From Chiloscyllium plagiosum (Eukaryota), in the NCBI RefSeq assembly GCF_004010195.1, contig NC_057719.1, positions 19,539,562 to 19,603,561 of the forward strand: a stretch of 64,000 nt of DNA, written 5' to 3'. A program made the position numbers and the translations under genes. Under the pieces are notes generated by a model. It did no database searches, was not told the DNA's origin, and was given only the letters and a program-made list of their open reading frames with translations. Shown here in pieces: positions 38,510 to 51,115 of this stretch. The first letter of the stretch is position 1; each line of letters opens with the position of its first letter.

Positions 38510-39265
38510 GAATCATAGAGTCATAGAGATGTACAGCACAGAAACAGACCCTTCGGTCCAACCCGTCCATGCCAACAAGATATCCCAACCCAATCTAGTC
38601 CCACCTACTAGCACCCGGCCCATTCATATACTCATCCAGATGCCTTTTAAATGCTATACTTGTACCAGCCTCCACCACTTCCTCTGGCAGCCCATTCCAC
38701 ACACACCACCGTCTGCGTGAAAAGGTTGCCCCTTAGGTCTCTTCCCCCTCTCACCCTAAAACTATGCCCTCTCGTTCTGGTCTCCCCCACCCCATGCCCC
38801 TCATGATTTTATAAACCTCTATAAGGTCACCCCTCAGCCTCCGACGCTCCAAAGAAAACAGCCCTAGCTTATTCAGCCTTTCCCTATAGCTCAATTCCTC
38901 CAACCCTGACAACATCCTTGTAAATCTTTTCTGAACCCTTTCAAGTTTCACAACATCCTTCTGATAGGAAGGAGACCAGAATTGCACACAATATTCCAAA
39001 AGTGGCCTGTAGAGCCGCAACATGACCTTTCAACTCCTATACTCAATACTGTGACCAATGAAGGAAAGCATACCAAATGCCTTCTTTGCTACCCTGTCTA
39101 ACTGCAACTCTGCTTCCAAGGAGCTATGAACAGCACTCCAAGGTCTCTTTGTTCAGCAACACTCCCTAGGACCTTACCTTTAAGTGTATAAGTCCTGCTA
39201 AAATTTGCTTTCCCAAAATGCAGCACCTCGCATTTATTTATATTAAACTCCATCTGCCCATTGGC
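38510..39265 (-). mobile_element. CR1 LINE 3' fragment
   Basis: LLEYCVQFWSP..LERVQKRFTRM and a (tcatagag)n tail. Confidence 0.9.
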
Positions 39266-40296
39266 CCTTCTCTTGAATGAAATCTAAATTCTCATTCCCT
39301 TTTGCATGTATCTCTTTTTTTCTAAAAGAACTGATTTTCAGTCTCCCATTTTCTTTTCATCTCTTGTTTCTGAATCACTGAACTACTCACCTCAATGATT
39401 TTTCAAAACCTCAGTTAAGTGCATTTAAACAAATTTTCTAGAAACCCGGTATTGCACAGAACTCAAAGATGAAACTGAATCTATATACTTCTTAACATGC
39501 ATAATATCGAATACAAATAAAAAAAATACATGGTTCTGTCCACAGTAGAGTTTAAGTTTCTAAATAATAATATTTATAATAATAGTAAAAGTATACTTTT
39601 CCTAAAAGTTCATCACAAATCTACAAAGTTAAAAAGGGATTGTGCTTAAAACAAAGGTAGATAAAAGAATAAATAGGTTAGAGTCTTTTGGTGTTCTCAG
39701 ATGTAAGGTTTTATCTGAGACTACAGTTGGTTAGTTAGTTTCTTGGAGTTTACCAGCATAATATAGTTATCTTTTATGTTCAGTTCTCAGTAGTTTCTAT
39801 CCAGCTAATGTTAGATATTTTGTTTCCTGAGGGAAAGAGAGCCTTCCCTGCTTGGGTTCAGTACTGCATTCTTACCTTCCCGGTCTGCCAAAACAGCCCC
39901 TTGAAATAGCAATTTGTTTACAGGGGACTGGGCCATATAATGCACGCGGCATGGACTGCTCACAATTGTGCACTTTGTCACTTTTCGACCGGACTGTAAA
40001 TATCCAACAGTGCAAGCTTCCATTCTTTACTGATTCAACTCAGAGCAATGAAGTGGTGAAGGGAAGCAATGGACATTGAAAAGGGGGCAAGAAGACTGTT
40101 GGATCCATGTGCACCATGGGGCAAGAGTAGGTTTATTCAAGGTTGCATTTTCAGTGGAAGTGTTCCCACAAGCATCTCACAGTAATTTCTAGAGCTCACA
40201 GTCTCGATTAGATTACTCAGGTGAAATGTGCCAGAATCAGGTGTTCCCTGGCTTTGACTGTATTCTTGTGAGTTCCCTGTATACCGTCCAGCCTAG

Positions 40297-40752
40297 ATTA
40301 GAGTGGTGCTGGAAAAGCACAGCAGGTCAGGCAGCATCCGAGGAGCAGGAAAATCGATGCTTCGGGCAAAAGCCCTTCATCAGGAAGGGGCAGAGGAGAT
40401 GTCCTGGGGGTTCCAGTGAGAGATAGATTCACTGAGATTCTTGTAGGGAAAGGAGGATAACTTCTTCAAGGTAGGCATCCTTGCAAGACGATTCGCAATA
40501 AGGTTAAAATCAACTAGGCAAACGTGAGGACTGCAGATGCTGGAAATCAGAGTCTAGATTAGAGTGGTGCTGGAAAAGCACAGCAGGTCAGGCAGCATCC
40601 GAGAAGCAGGAAAATTGACATTCTGAGCAAAAGCCCTTCATCAGAAACGTCGATTTTCCTGCTCCTCGAATGCTGCCTGACCTGCTGTGCTTTTCCAGCA
40701 CCACTCTAATCTAGACTCTGATCTCCAGCATCTGCAGTCCTCACTTTTACCA
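40297..40752. mobile_element. Compact PLE-derived element: pLTR, short ORF-start relic, pLTR, inverted pLTR
   Basis: 10-bp TSD tccagcctag (40287-40296, 40753-40762). Two direct pLTR copies (40297-40385, 40525-40644) and one inverted copy (40644-40752). Confidence 0.85.
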
Positions 40753-41854
40753 TCCAGCCTAGGTCACCTCTTTGTGCTGTCTGACATCACCTTGCTCTAT
40801 GCCCTTTAATTCTTCCTCTTCCATCTCCAGAATTTCCTTTTCTCACAATGAAAATTGCCATTCCAGGGCTTTGCCCACCTCAGGGTTGACACTGCTTTGG
40901 AAGGTCATAGTATAGAGTATGCCACAGATCACCAGGGGACCCTTGCGGGAGTGTACTGTCTGATCCCAACAAGCGTTCCAGGCACCTCATCTTCATCTTC
41001 CAAAGCCTCATGGCCTGCTGATGGTGCGCAGATGGTTTCTATTGCATTTTCATTTCATTGACCTTTGTAACAATATCAGAGTCACAAAAAGATGATCAGG
41101 TGATCCAGTCTTTTCAGGGGCATGATGGCGAGTGTAATGCAGAATGCTAGCTTATCAGGTGCTTTTCCTGTTACTGATGGATGAAGCAAGGTGAAATGAC
41201 TTCTGTTCTACTTTTTGGTTGTGTTCTTATATACACTCAAAAATACTTCAGCTGCCCTTTCATGGGCTCACCTAATAAATAGTGTGACCATGAATGATTC
41301 CACACTATGTTGCCACCTCCACATACCTGAACTGTCCCTGATCCAGTGTTCAACTATATCTCCTCAGCAAAATTCTAATCATTGGCAATTGACAATAAGC
41401 TCATTAACAAAATTTATTGGCCATTTTTCACAAATTAGACAGATTGCGGTGCCTTGCCTTCCCCCATCTGAGCACAAGCACTTGCGGCAGGAATGGTCAA
41501 ATCAATCCAGCAGGCAAGCTAATGGTTCCAAACTTTGTGTCTCATGGTATTTCATTGGTTAATTTCAATGGGTAGAAAATCATGGGTTGTAGCCCCATGT
41601 TGTTATATTTGTTGAACTTATACATGCTGAATATGTATTAAACAAGAAACAGTTCAATGAAAATCCATGTTAAGTCTTTTCAAATTCGCTCACAAAGGAG
41701 GAAAGGTCTTTAAAACATTCATCCATTGCAGCATTTTTCTTTTGTAGTTGAGAACGTTTGTTTGGTTGTAACAATTTCCAGCAGAAATGCATATTTCGGA
41801 GCTCATTTCTTCATTTACATTTCAAGAACACTTTCTATGCCTAGTTGAAGCAGA

Positions 41855-41992
41855 TCAGGAAAAGTTAACAAAAGGCAGAAGAAGTAGGGTAAATGCAGAA
41901 ACATCTATTTGTGTCCATGTAGCTGACACACTGGTTGATGGTGGAGGCATAGAGGCAACACTGTTCCATCGGGTATAAATGTAAGGATGTTC
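41855..41992 (-). CDS. PLB1: PLB1-like terminal coding exon (EHPYIYTRWNSVASMPPPSTSVSATWTQIDVSAFTLLLLPFVNFS*)
   Basis: ttcttcacag acceptor, phase 0; 138 nt ending in TGA. The PYIYT..NS repeat-end motif is followed by a S/P/T-rich linker and a hydrophobic tail. Confidence 0.88.
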   Translation of the reverse strand, partial: EHPYIYTRWNSVASMPPPSTSVSATWTQIDVSAFTLLLLPFVNFS

Positions 41993-42277
41993 CTGTGAAG
42001 AAACCAAGAAACTGAGTTCAAGTAACAAGCATTTAAAAATAATATTAGATGACATTTGGAGTACTATGTACAGATCCAGGCACCACACCCAGTGAAATTT
42101 ACATTGGCCGTGAAAGTGAGAGTCACTGTTTTCGCAGAACCCAAGGGTTAAGAGGTTACATAAACTAAGTTTAGCATCTCTGGAGTTTAGAAGGTCAATC
42201 GGTGCTTGTTTGGAGTTTTGAGTACTCTGAAAGGATCAGATAATCAGACCAGATAAATAGAGAGAAATCCTTTCCCA

Positions 42278-43035
42278 TTATACAATGAGCGGAAGAGCCT
42301 TAGGAAAAGTTGATGGGCAGAGAGACCTAGGAGTGCAAGTCCATTGTACCCTGAAGTTTGCTGCACAAGTGGATAGAGTGGTCAAGAAGGCACATAGCAT
42401 GCTTGCCGTCATTGGACAGGATATTGAGTGTAAGAGCTGGCAAGTCATGTTAAAATTGTAAAGACATTGGTTCAGCCGCATTTAGAATACTGTGTACAGT
42501 TCTGGTCACCACATTACCAAAAGGATGTGGACGCTTTGGAGAGGGTGCAGAGAAGGTTTACGAGGATATTGCCTGGTATGGAAGGTGCTAGCTATGAAGA
42601 GAGGTTGAGTAGGTTAGGTTTATTTTCATTAGAATAAAGGAGATTGAGGGGGCCCTGATTGAGGTTTACAAGATCATGAAGGGTATAGACAAGGTGGTTA
42701 GAGACAAGCTTTTTCCCAGGATGAAGGATTCAATAATGAGAGGTCACGCTTTCAAGGTGAGAGGCGGAGAGTTTAAGGGGGATACATGCGGCAAGTACTT
42801 CACACAGAGGGTGGTGGCCATTTGGAACGCGTTGCCACCAGAGGTGGTAGAGGCAGGCACAGTAGATTCATTTAAGATGCGTCTGGATAGATGCATGAGT
42901 AGGTGGGGAGCAGAGGAATACAGATGCTTAGGAATTGATGGACAGGTTTAGGCAGTACATTTGGATTGGCTCAGGCTTGGAGGGCCGAAGGGCCTGTTCC
43001 TGGGCTGTAAATTTTCTTTGTCCTTTGTTCTCGTG
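42278..43035 (+). mobile_element. CR1 LINE 3' fragment in the last PLB1-like intron
   Basis: VQPHLEYCVQFWSPH and YFTQRVVAIWNALP. Confidence 0.9.
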
Positions 43036-43696
43036 TTCCAATTTAAAACAAGGAGCTATAACACTGAAATCAGAGTCAGGCTATTCTGTAGAGAAGTTAG
43101 AGTGCATATCTTCTTGTAAAGAGTGATAAAAATATGGAACACCTCAGAAGAAACAGCTTTGCTAGGTCAATTAATGATTTTAAACCTGAGGTCAATAGAT
43201 TTATGCTGGCTTAAAGTGTTCAGGACTAAGAGGGCTAAGCAGTATAAGTAGAGGTCAGATGCCACCTCCAGAACAATGATCTATCAGGCTCTACAGCTAG
43301 ACTTTTACTATATATAAATCAAGGAGTAAATTCTCTTTGTTTTCTGCCTGCATTTTACCGTAGCTTTTCAATGATTTGGCTTTAGTTCTATTATGTTTGT
43401 TGAAAGGAGACAAGGAGGACCTTTGGCCAGAAGCTATTTGTGTTCTATTGTTTCTAACCTGACTTTCTTCGTCTGACACAAGAATATTCAAAATGGAATA
43501 TGTTCTGGTATCAAAGATGGACATTTTTGCACTTCAATAACCATTTGAGAGATAAAACATCAGTGGAGAAAAGTCACCAAGTATTTCTAAAGCCATGTAA
43601 AAAAATATTGCAAATATGCACCAAATAACTCATGCATACCACAAAGCACAACTTCATAAAATTAATCAACTAAGTTTGATGACCTTTCAGTTGTAC

Positions 43697-43768
43697 CTTT
43701 GTTGGACAAATGAGCTGCACCGGTTTAGAAATTGAATAAATTTCCACCTTCTCGCCTTCTGGTTGGAA
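43697..43768 (-). CDS. PLB1: PLB1-like exon (FQPEGEKVEIYSISKPVQLICPTK)
   Basis: 72 nt; ttgtttcag acceptor, gtacaa donor; phase 0/0. Matches the xxPxGxK....L.CP segment that follows WNNM in PLB1 repeats. Confidence 0.92.
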
Positions 43769-43819
43769 CTGAAACAAGGAGTTCAAAAATGTTATTTATT
43801 TCTGTGATTCAAATCTCTA

Positions 43820-44280
43820 CAGCCCATGCTTTCGCTCCTGTTCCCCTATCATCTTGGTGCTTATTGACCTACATTGGTACCTACTTAAACAATATTCTGA
43901 TCTAAATAGTTTAATCTTTCACTTTAAATCCCTCAACAGCCTTATCTCTCCCAATCTTCCGAACCATCTTCAACTCCATGACCTGCTAAGTGATCTGGGT
44001 TCCTCTCATCCTGACTTCTTTCATATTTTTAGTCATAAATTCTCAACCATTGCTGGCTGTGCTTTTGTCTGCTTCAGCCCCAAGCTCTGGAATTTCTTCT
44101 TGTGACATTGGTACCTCTCTACTTCTGATTCCATCCTTAAGACACTCCTTAAAACCAATCTCTTTGCCCCAAGATTAGGTTACCTACCCTATATCTTTTG
44201 ATGCAGTTCCACATTAAAAATGTTCTTTTATAACGACTCTCCTTTATTATGAGAAAGGCACTATATATAAATGTATTTTT
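43820..44280 (+). mobile_element. L2-type LINE 3' end (old)
   Basis: LIDLHW..., FKSLNSL.SP.L, AF..SAPKLWN, FKTLLKT.LF-like motifs and an aaaggcactatatataaat tail. Confidence 0.65.
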
Positions 44281-44372
44281 ATATTTATTGGATGAACAAG
44301 CATTTATTAGAGACTGTTATGTAGCACAGTTTTCAAAGATAGAGATCCATTAGGAGACTACAACATTCTTAC

Positions 44373-44468
44373 CATGTTATTCCAAAGTGCTTTGGCCATC
44401 TCCTTGTGCCCCTTTATGGTGAAATGGAAACAGTCTGGACTGAAAAAGGAGTAATCAACCTCACCAGC
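44373..44468 (-). CDS. PLB1: PLB1-like catalytic exon ([32 protein letters not shown])
   Basis: 96 nt; ttgttcag acceptor, gtaaga donor; phase 0/0. SGNH block V D-x-x-H (DCFH, 44435-44424) followed by ALWNNM. Confidence 0.96.
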
Positions 44469-45526
44469 CTGAACAAGTAAATAAGCAAAAGGAAATTATC
44501 TTATAGAATTTTGTTACAATGTTCTAAAGAGAATTTTGCAACTCTTGGAATGCAGTTACTATGACACAAACAAAAATATGGATATTTAGCAGTTGGATTA
44601 TATTGGAAGATTAATTTCTGGAAAAAAAAGAGCTTGGGAAACTACTTGTTAATTGATTGAGCTTTTACCTTTGCAATGGATTTGGCACTGCTTTTTGATG
44701 CTGGTTGACATGCCCCATCAGAAAATTGCAAAGAAAACTTTATATTATAATAAATTATCTAAATTCCTGGAGCTAAGATTCTAATTCCGGTTTCAAGGGA
44801 ACGATGTAGAATGATACTATTTCTGAAAGTCATCATTGTAAGTATTAGGTTGTGACCTAACATACATTATTTACATTGGTTGCTTCTCTGTACAGTAACT
44901 TTGTGGTAGTTATTTCAGTAGAAAATTTAAATAGGTTAAAATATCATTGAGACTAGATCTGTAACCCATGGCATCTTAGACAGTATAGTCCCTGCCACTG
45001 AAAATGTATCCCTACTAAGGTTAGTAGCCCTGCAGCCATTTAATGCTCTATGGAATGGCAGGAGGCAAGATCTCTGCCTTCCTCTCTCTGTCTGGAGGAA
45101 GTGCCACTTCAGACAGCTGACAACCAGCTCTGTTTTCCCAGCAATTTCATCGGGCATGGTACTCTATGCAGAGAAACTATACATCCCTATCTGTTTAAAT
45201 ACTGTGAAGCTTGGGATCAAGTGTGGAGAACTCAAGGTGGGAACGGGACTTGCTGCTCCCCTAGCCAATTTATTCCAGTGGAGTTACAACACTAGCATTG
45301 ACCTGAGAATGCAGAAAATTTCCCAAGCGTGTCCTGTACATAAAAAAACAGAATAAATCCTGGCTAATTACCGCATCAGTCTATTTACTTTCAATAATCA
45401 GTAAAGTGATGGAAGTTTTCATCAACTATGCCATCAAGCAGCACATGCTTACCAACAATCTGCTCAGTGACATCCAGTTGGGGTTCTGCCAGGGCCACTC
45501 AGTTCCTGACCTTATTGGAGCCTTGG

Positions 45527-45743
45527 AGAAAATGAGGACTGCAGATGCTGGAGATCAGAGCTGAAAAATGTGTTGCTGGAAAAGTGCAACAGGTCAGGCA
45601 GCATCCAAGGAGCAGGAGAATCGATGTTTCGGGCATAAGCCCTTCTTCAGGAATAAAGAAGGGCTTATGCCCGAAACGTCAATTCTCCTGCTCCTTGAAT
45701 GTTGCCTGACATGCTGCACTTTTCCAGCAGCACATCTTACTGT
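45527..45743. mobile_element. ORF-less inverted pLTR pair (PLE-derived)
   Basis: TSD agccttgg (45519-45526, 45744-45751); fold-back centred on ~45650-45657. Confidence 0.82.
45623..45650 (-). ncRNA. Minimal hammerhead core (type A), sense to the PLB1-like pre-mRNA
   Basis: CUGAAGA-A-GGGC-UUAU-GCCC-GAAA-CA-UC; fits the CUGANGA...GAAA...UH consensus. Confidence 0.65.
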
Positions 45744-47554
45744 AGCCTTGGTCAGCCCAAACATGGGTATTGTCCAGATCTTGCAACACATGAACATAGG
45801 CTGTGTCAGAATCTGAGGCAATGCAAAAGATGCTTACATCGTGCAATCATCAGCAAACATACCCAGTTCTGATCTGGGACACTACCCTGAGGAACTTCAG
45901 CAGAGATATCCTGGAGCTGAGATGACTGACCTCCAACAACCGCAATCAGTATGATTGGTACGATTCCAGCCATTGGAGAGCTTTTCTTTGATTCTCATTG
46001 ATTCCACTTTGGCTAGGGGTCTTCAATACCACACTCATTCAAAAGAGCCTTGATATGAAGAACAGGCACTCTGACTTCATTGTTGGAATTTCACTCTTTT
46101 GCCCATGTTTGAACCAAGCCTATATTGAAGTCGGGTTGGCCCTGGCAGAACCCAAACTGGGTGTCAGTAACAGATTGTTGCTGAGTAAGTATTGCTTGAC
46201 AGCAATGTTGATGACACTTCCATCACTTAACTGATGATTGGGAGTAAACAGTTTGGTGTGGTAATTAACCACGATGCATTTGTTTTGTTTTTTGTGTATA
46301 GGAGACGCTTGGCGAATTTTCCATATTGCCAGGGAGATGACAATGATACAGCCATTCAAGCATTTGCAATATCCTGTGTATCCAGCTGTTTATTGATATG
46401 ATGTGGAATGAATTGAGTTGGCTGAAGACTGATATCTGGGATGCTGGGGACCTCTGGAGGGGGCTGAGATAGATCATGCACTTGGTACTTCTGCTGAAGA
46501 TTATTACAAAAGCTTCAGCCTTGTGTTTTGCACTGATGTGTTGGGTTCCCCATCATTGAGAACAGGCATATTTGTGGAGCCTTGTCTCCAGTAAGGTTCA
46601 AGAGACCCCATCATTCCTGATTAGATGTGGCAGCATCGTAGACGTTAGGTCTGAACCATCAGTTGTGGAATCAATTATCTCTGTATATCACTTGTTACTT
46701 GTTTGTCACATAATTGTTACAAGTTCAAATGGTTGACATCTTATTTTTATGTAAGCTTGGTGCTACTCCGACACATGCTGGCCTACACACTTCATTAAAC
46801 CAGGATTGATGTCCAGGCTTGATGATAATGGTTGAGTGGGGAATATACTGGGCCATGAGTTTGCAGATTGCTTTGGAGTCCAATATAGCTGGTGGGTCAC
46901 AGCGTCTCATGTAAGCCCAGTCTTGAATTGCCAGATCTGTTAGAGGTATATCCAATTTAGCAGGTGGATCAAGCCACAAAACACAATGTAAAATATTCTC
47001 AATGTGAAGGTGGAATGTTGTGCCTACAACTGCGTGATGGTCACCCTTATGGTCATTGACCTGTTGGAAGCTTAACTTATTTAACACGTTAATAGTGCCA
47101 CACGACACAAGGAAGTTCATCTGCAATATGAATACAGATCTTTGTCTCCACAAGGACCAACTTGATTAGCAGTGGTGCTGCCGAGCCACTTGTGATGGAC
47201 ATTGAAGTTCCCTCACCCAGATTGTAATCTGTGTCCTTACCACCCCAAATATTTCTTCCAAGTGATGTTCAACATGGAGGAGAGCTGAATCATGAAGTGA
47301 TCATGGTATACTGTATATAATGCTCAGCAGGAGATATTTTTGCTAAAGTTTGACCTGTTCACATGAGGCCTAATGGGGTCTGGAGTCAACATGGATGAAA
47401 TAGCATGGAGTCTGCTTTGTCTCATCAAAATTAATATAGAATAAAAAAAAGTACTTGGAGAATATACAGATTTAATTAAACATGCTGTGGAAATTCATTG
47501 CAGGGGATCTAGTAGCCTGATACCTAAGTCTTTGCTCGGTCTGGTCTATTCAGT

Positions 47555-47884
47555 GAATCCCTACAGCATGGAAACAGGCCATTTCGTCCAACAAGTCCAC
47601 ACTGACTCTCCAAGAGTAACCCACCCAGACCTATTCCACTACCCTATTACTCTACATTTACCCCTGACTAATATACCTAACCTGCACATCCCTGAACACG
47701 ATGGACAATTGAGCTTGGCCAATTCACCTAACCTGCACATCTTTGGACTGTGGGAGGAAACCCACACAGAAACAGGGAGAATGTGCAAACTCCACACTAA
47801 CAGTCGCCCATTGTTGGAATCGAACCCAGGGCCCTGGTGCTGTGAAACAGCAGTGCTAACCACTGAGCCACCACACCGCCACCC
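47555..47884 (-). mobile_element. HE1-like SINE
   Basis: Reverse complement has gggtggcggtgtggtggctcagtggttagc, B box ggttcgattcc, and the HE1 core and tail. Confidence 0.88.
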
Positions 47885-48446
47885 ACTGAGCCGGTCTACA
47901 TTTGACTCCTTTCCCAAAACCAACTTGATTGACTCTTAACTGCTCTCTGACTTGGTCGTGCAATTAGTTGATATAGTGGTAGGCAATAAATGTCAGTTTG
48001 CCAACAACGACAGTACCTTAAGTGCGATTAAAATATATCTTGCTTGTAAATGACTAGCACTAATCACGGCGATGACATCTAAACAGAAGATGGATTGAGA
48101 TTTTATCACCCTAACAGAGATCATTTATAGTAACAATAAGAAAATACTTACCAAAGGGTAAAAGAGGACAAGAACAATTACACAGTTCTTTCAAAATGAT
48201 CTCTCATTTAATTATTATAATATCGTGATTTAACTTTCCCATTTTAGTTGGTGAAAAATCTTGTTTCATGAAAAGAAATTCAGGAGAAATACTGTCTGAC
48301 TTTTACAATAATTTAATAATTAGACTGTATATCTGACTTACAATTCCTTATGTTGTCACCATGAAGTGTATTTGATTTGGCAAAAATATGATTTGTGGTG
48401 TTGACTGTATGCTCAGTACAAGACATTAGGGGAGACCTTGAGGCAA

Positions 48447-48622
48447 GATTAGAGTTGGTGCTGGAAAAGCACAGCAGGTCAGGCAGGCTTTCCTGATGAA
48501 GGGCTTTTGCCCAAAGCGTCGATTTTCCTGCCCCTCAGATGCTGCCTGATCTGCTGTGCTTTTCCAGCACCATTCTAATCTTGACTCTGATATCCAGCAT
48601 CTGCAGTCCTCACTTTCACCTC
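48447..48622. mobile_element. ORF-less inverted pLTR pair (PLE-derived)
   Basis: 15-bp TSD gagaccttgaggcaa / gagatcttgaggcaa (48432-48446, 48623-48637). The hammerhead at 48493 has GAAA mutated to AAAG. Confidence 0.85.
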
Positions 48623-49325
48623 GAGATCTTGAGGCAACCTGCCTAGTGAAAGTGGAAGTTGGGCAATGACTTACTGCATTCTTACCAAGGTAGTGAATCC
48701 TGTAAAGCCAAGGGCAGTAGGGAACATCTGACCAAGTCAGGCAGAAGTCTTTTAAATATGCAAATCAGGGTGTTATGGCATCATCAAATTTCTGCCTTGC
48801 AACTTTTGTGCGCATCGAGGCAGGCTAATTCTCTGAGCGGTCTGCACCATTTCAACTGGGTATCAGGACAAAGAGCAGCCCAGGAGGTATGTGCTAATTT
48901 CTTCTATGGAACCAGGAGGAATGGAAGTGCTGAGCTTCTAAAATCAATTTGGGTTGTTGGTTTCACTGGTTGCCTCTGCCATAGAATCGCAAACATCACA
49001 TATGAGGCCATTCAGCCCGTTGTGTCTATGTTGACACTTTGCAGTTCCTTGCTTTTCTCCTATCGCTCTGCAGTTTATTTTTCCGACACAAGTATTCATT
49101 CAATGACATTTTTGAAAGTTATTATCAGATCTGCACCCAATTTTCAGATCGTTACAATTTGCTGGATATTGCTTTTCCACACATTGTCATCGCTCAACTG
49201 CTTTTACAGGCACCAAGACAGGCGTAGGTTTGCAATGTTGCAGCACACGATACAATGCAATCCACTTCTCATATAAAAAAAAGATCATTTCATTGAAAGT
49301 TTGAAATGTGGTTTGGATAGCTTAC

Positions 49326-49430
49326 CAAATTTAATGGAGGTGTTACACTTTTCAGAAATGGTTGAAGTATGACAGTGAAATCTTCTTTCTGGTCAAATCT
49401 CCCAGATGCAACCAACTCTTCCAGCTTTGT
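49326..49430 (-). CDS. PLB1: PLB1-like exon ([35 protein letters not shown])
   Basis: 105 nt; ttcctctcag acceptor, gtaagc donor; phase 0/0. Contains the hallmark [15 protein letters not shown] motif. Confidence 0.95.
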
Positions 49431-50796
49431 CTGAGAGGAAAGATATTTACCAATTTTCAACAGAATTACAATGAAAAAATTACACATTTACAACTTTCTC
49501 CACAGCATGTCACATCAAGGGGTGGATCTTTCACGGAGTGGCAATTGTGACCAGAATGCCATCCCATTCACTCTTTTCTCAGTTGCTTTCTGGCTGAATC
49601 TTTCCAGGTTGAGAATCTTGAGAAAAGCAAGGAGCACCTTCCCTTGTACAGCCCTATTGTGGTGCTGTAACACCAGAGTTGAGGGTGGGGCATAGACTAA
49701 GCCCCTCATCCTTTCTTAAGGACCAGTTGTCATATCCCTTAAATGTCCGGCGTGAGTGCTAGCGAGTAGTGAATAGGTAAATGTTGATGAGCAGGCAATT
49801 GTGTGAATGAGTGATGTTTCTCGGGTGGGTAAAGAGGTAGGTGAGTAGAGTGGATGGGGAGCAGGGAAGCAGATGAGTAGAGAAGAAGGTAGCAAGAAGG
49901 GTAAAATACTGTGGGCATGCATTATATGCAAGACATGGAAAGTTCAAAGGAGATGTGAGGACAGTCTTTTACATAGAGAGTGGTAAGAGTCTGGAATGGG
50001 CTGCCAGGGGTAATAGTGGAGGCATATACAATAGGAGGCAAGCAGAAGAGATTAATTTAATATGGCATCACGTTCAGCACAGCATCATGGGCCAAAGTGC
50101 TGTTCTATGTTCTATATTATACAGTGGGTAAGAGTGGCAGAAGCATAGGACAATAATGAGGTAGGGAGGTTGTTACTGAGGTGGATGACTGCGTAAATGG
50201 TTTGGGAGGAATGGTCAGGTTAGACTGAAGAATGGCCTCCTGTCAACTACCCCATGTTTGCTAGGCAGGTATATTTGGGAGATCAGCAGAGGAGGGGAGG
50301 CAGGTGAGAGAAAGATGGGAACAAAAACAGAGATAGCTGGAGAAACTCAGGTAAGGCAGCAACTAAGAAGAGAAAGCAATGCTAACATTGGACAGACATA
50401 TGGATATTACTGAAACGGTGTAGGTTAGATGGACATCAGATTAATTTCACAGGTTGGCCCAACATCAAGGGCTGAAGGGCCTGTACTATGCTGTAACATT
50501 CTGTGTTGTATGTTCTATGCTCTAAGTGACCCTGGTGGAATTCAATTTGAGCATAACTATGCATTGTTAAGCAAGTCCTGTTTGTTTGTACAACTGTGTG
50601 GCACCCCTTCCAACACTCTGATGATCAATAGTAGACTGATGGAGTGATAACTAGCTGAATTGGATTTGTTTTGCTTTTGTATACACATCATACCTAGGCA
50701 ATTTTCCACGTTGTCAGGTAGTTGCCAGTGTTGCTGTACTAGAACAGTTTGGTTAGAGACAAGGCAAGCTTTGGAGCACACAGTTTCAGAACATTT

Positions 50797-51115
50797 TTAG
50801 ATTAGATTACTTACAGTGTGGAAACAGGCCCTTCGGCCCAACAAGTCCACACCGACCCGCCGAAGCGTAACCAACCCAGACCCATTCTCCTACATATATC
50901 CCTTCACCTAACACTACGGGCAATTTAGCATGGCCAATTCACCTAACCTGCACATTTTTGGATTGTGGGAGGAAACCGGAGCACCCGGAAGAAACCCACG
51001 CAGACACGGGGAGAATGTGCAAACTCCACACAGAGAGTCGCCTGAGGCGGGAATTGAACCCGGGTCTCTGACGCTGTGAAGCAGCAGTGCTAACCACTGT
51101 GCTACCGTGCCGCCC
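50797..51115 (-). mobile_element. HE1-like SINE, young full-length copy
   Basis: A box, B box (ggttcaattcc), conserved core and (taatc)n tail; highly similar to 53626 and 58661. Confidence 0.93.

Larger units (their letters stand above)
45190..47390. mobile_element. CR1/L2-group LINE (family 2) pieces: + strand 45190-45765, - strand 45766-47390
   Basis: LAAPLANLFQWSYNT..AC.VHKK and QLGFCQGHSVPDL on +; the same RT region plus upstream sequence on -. Confidence 0.75.

Noticed and set aside
48659..49276. 205-aa plus-strand ORF
   Set aside because: Non-ATG start, no motif, antisense within a PLB1-like intron; most likely chance or decayed repeat.
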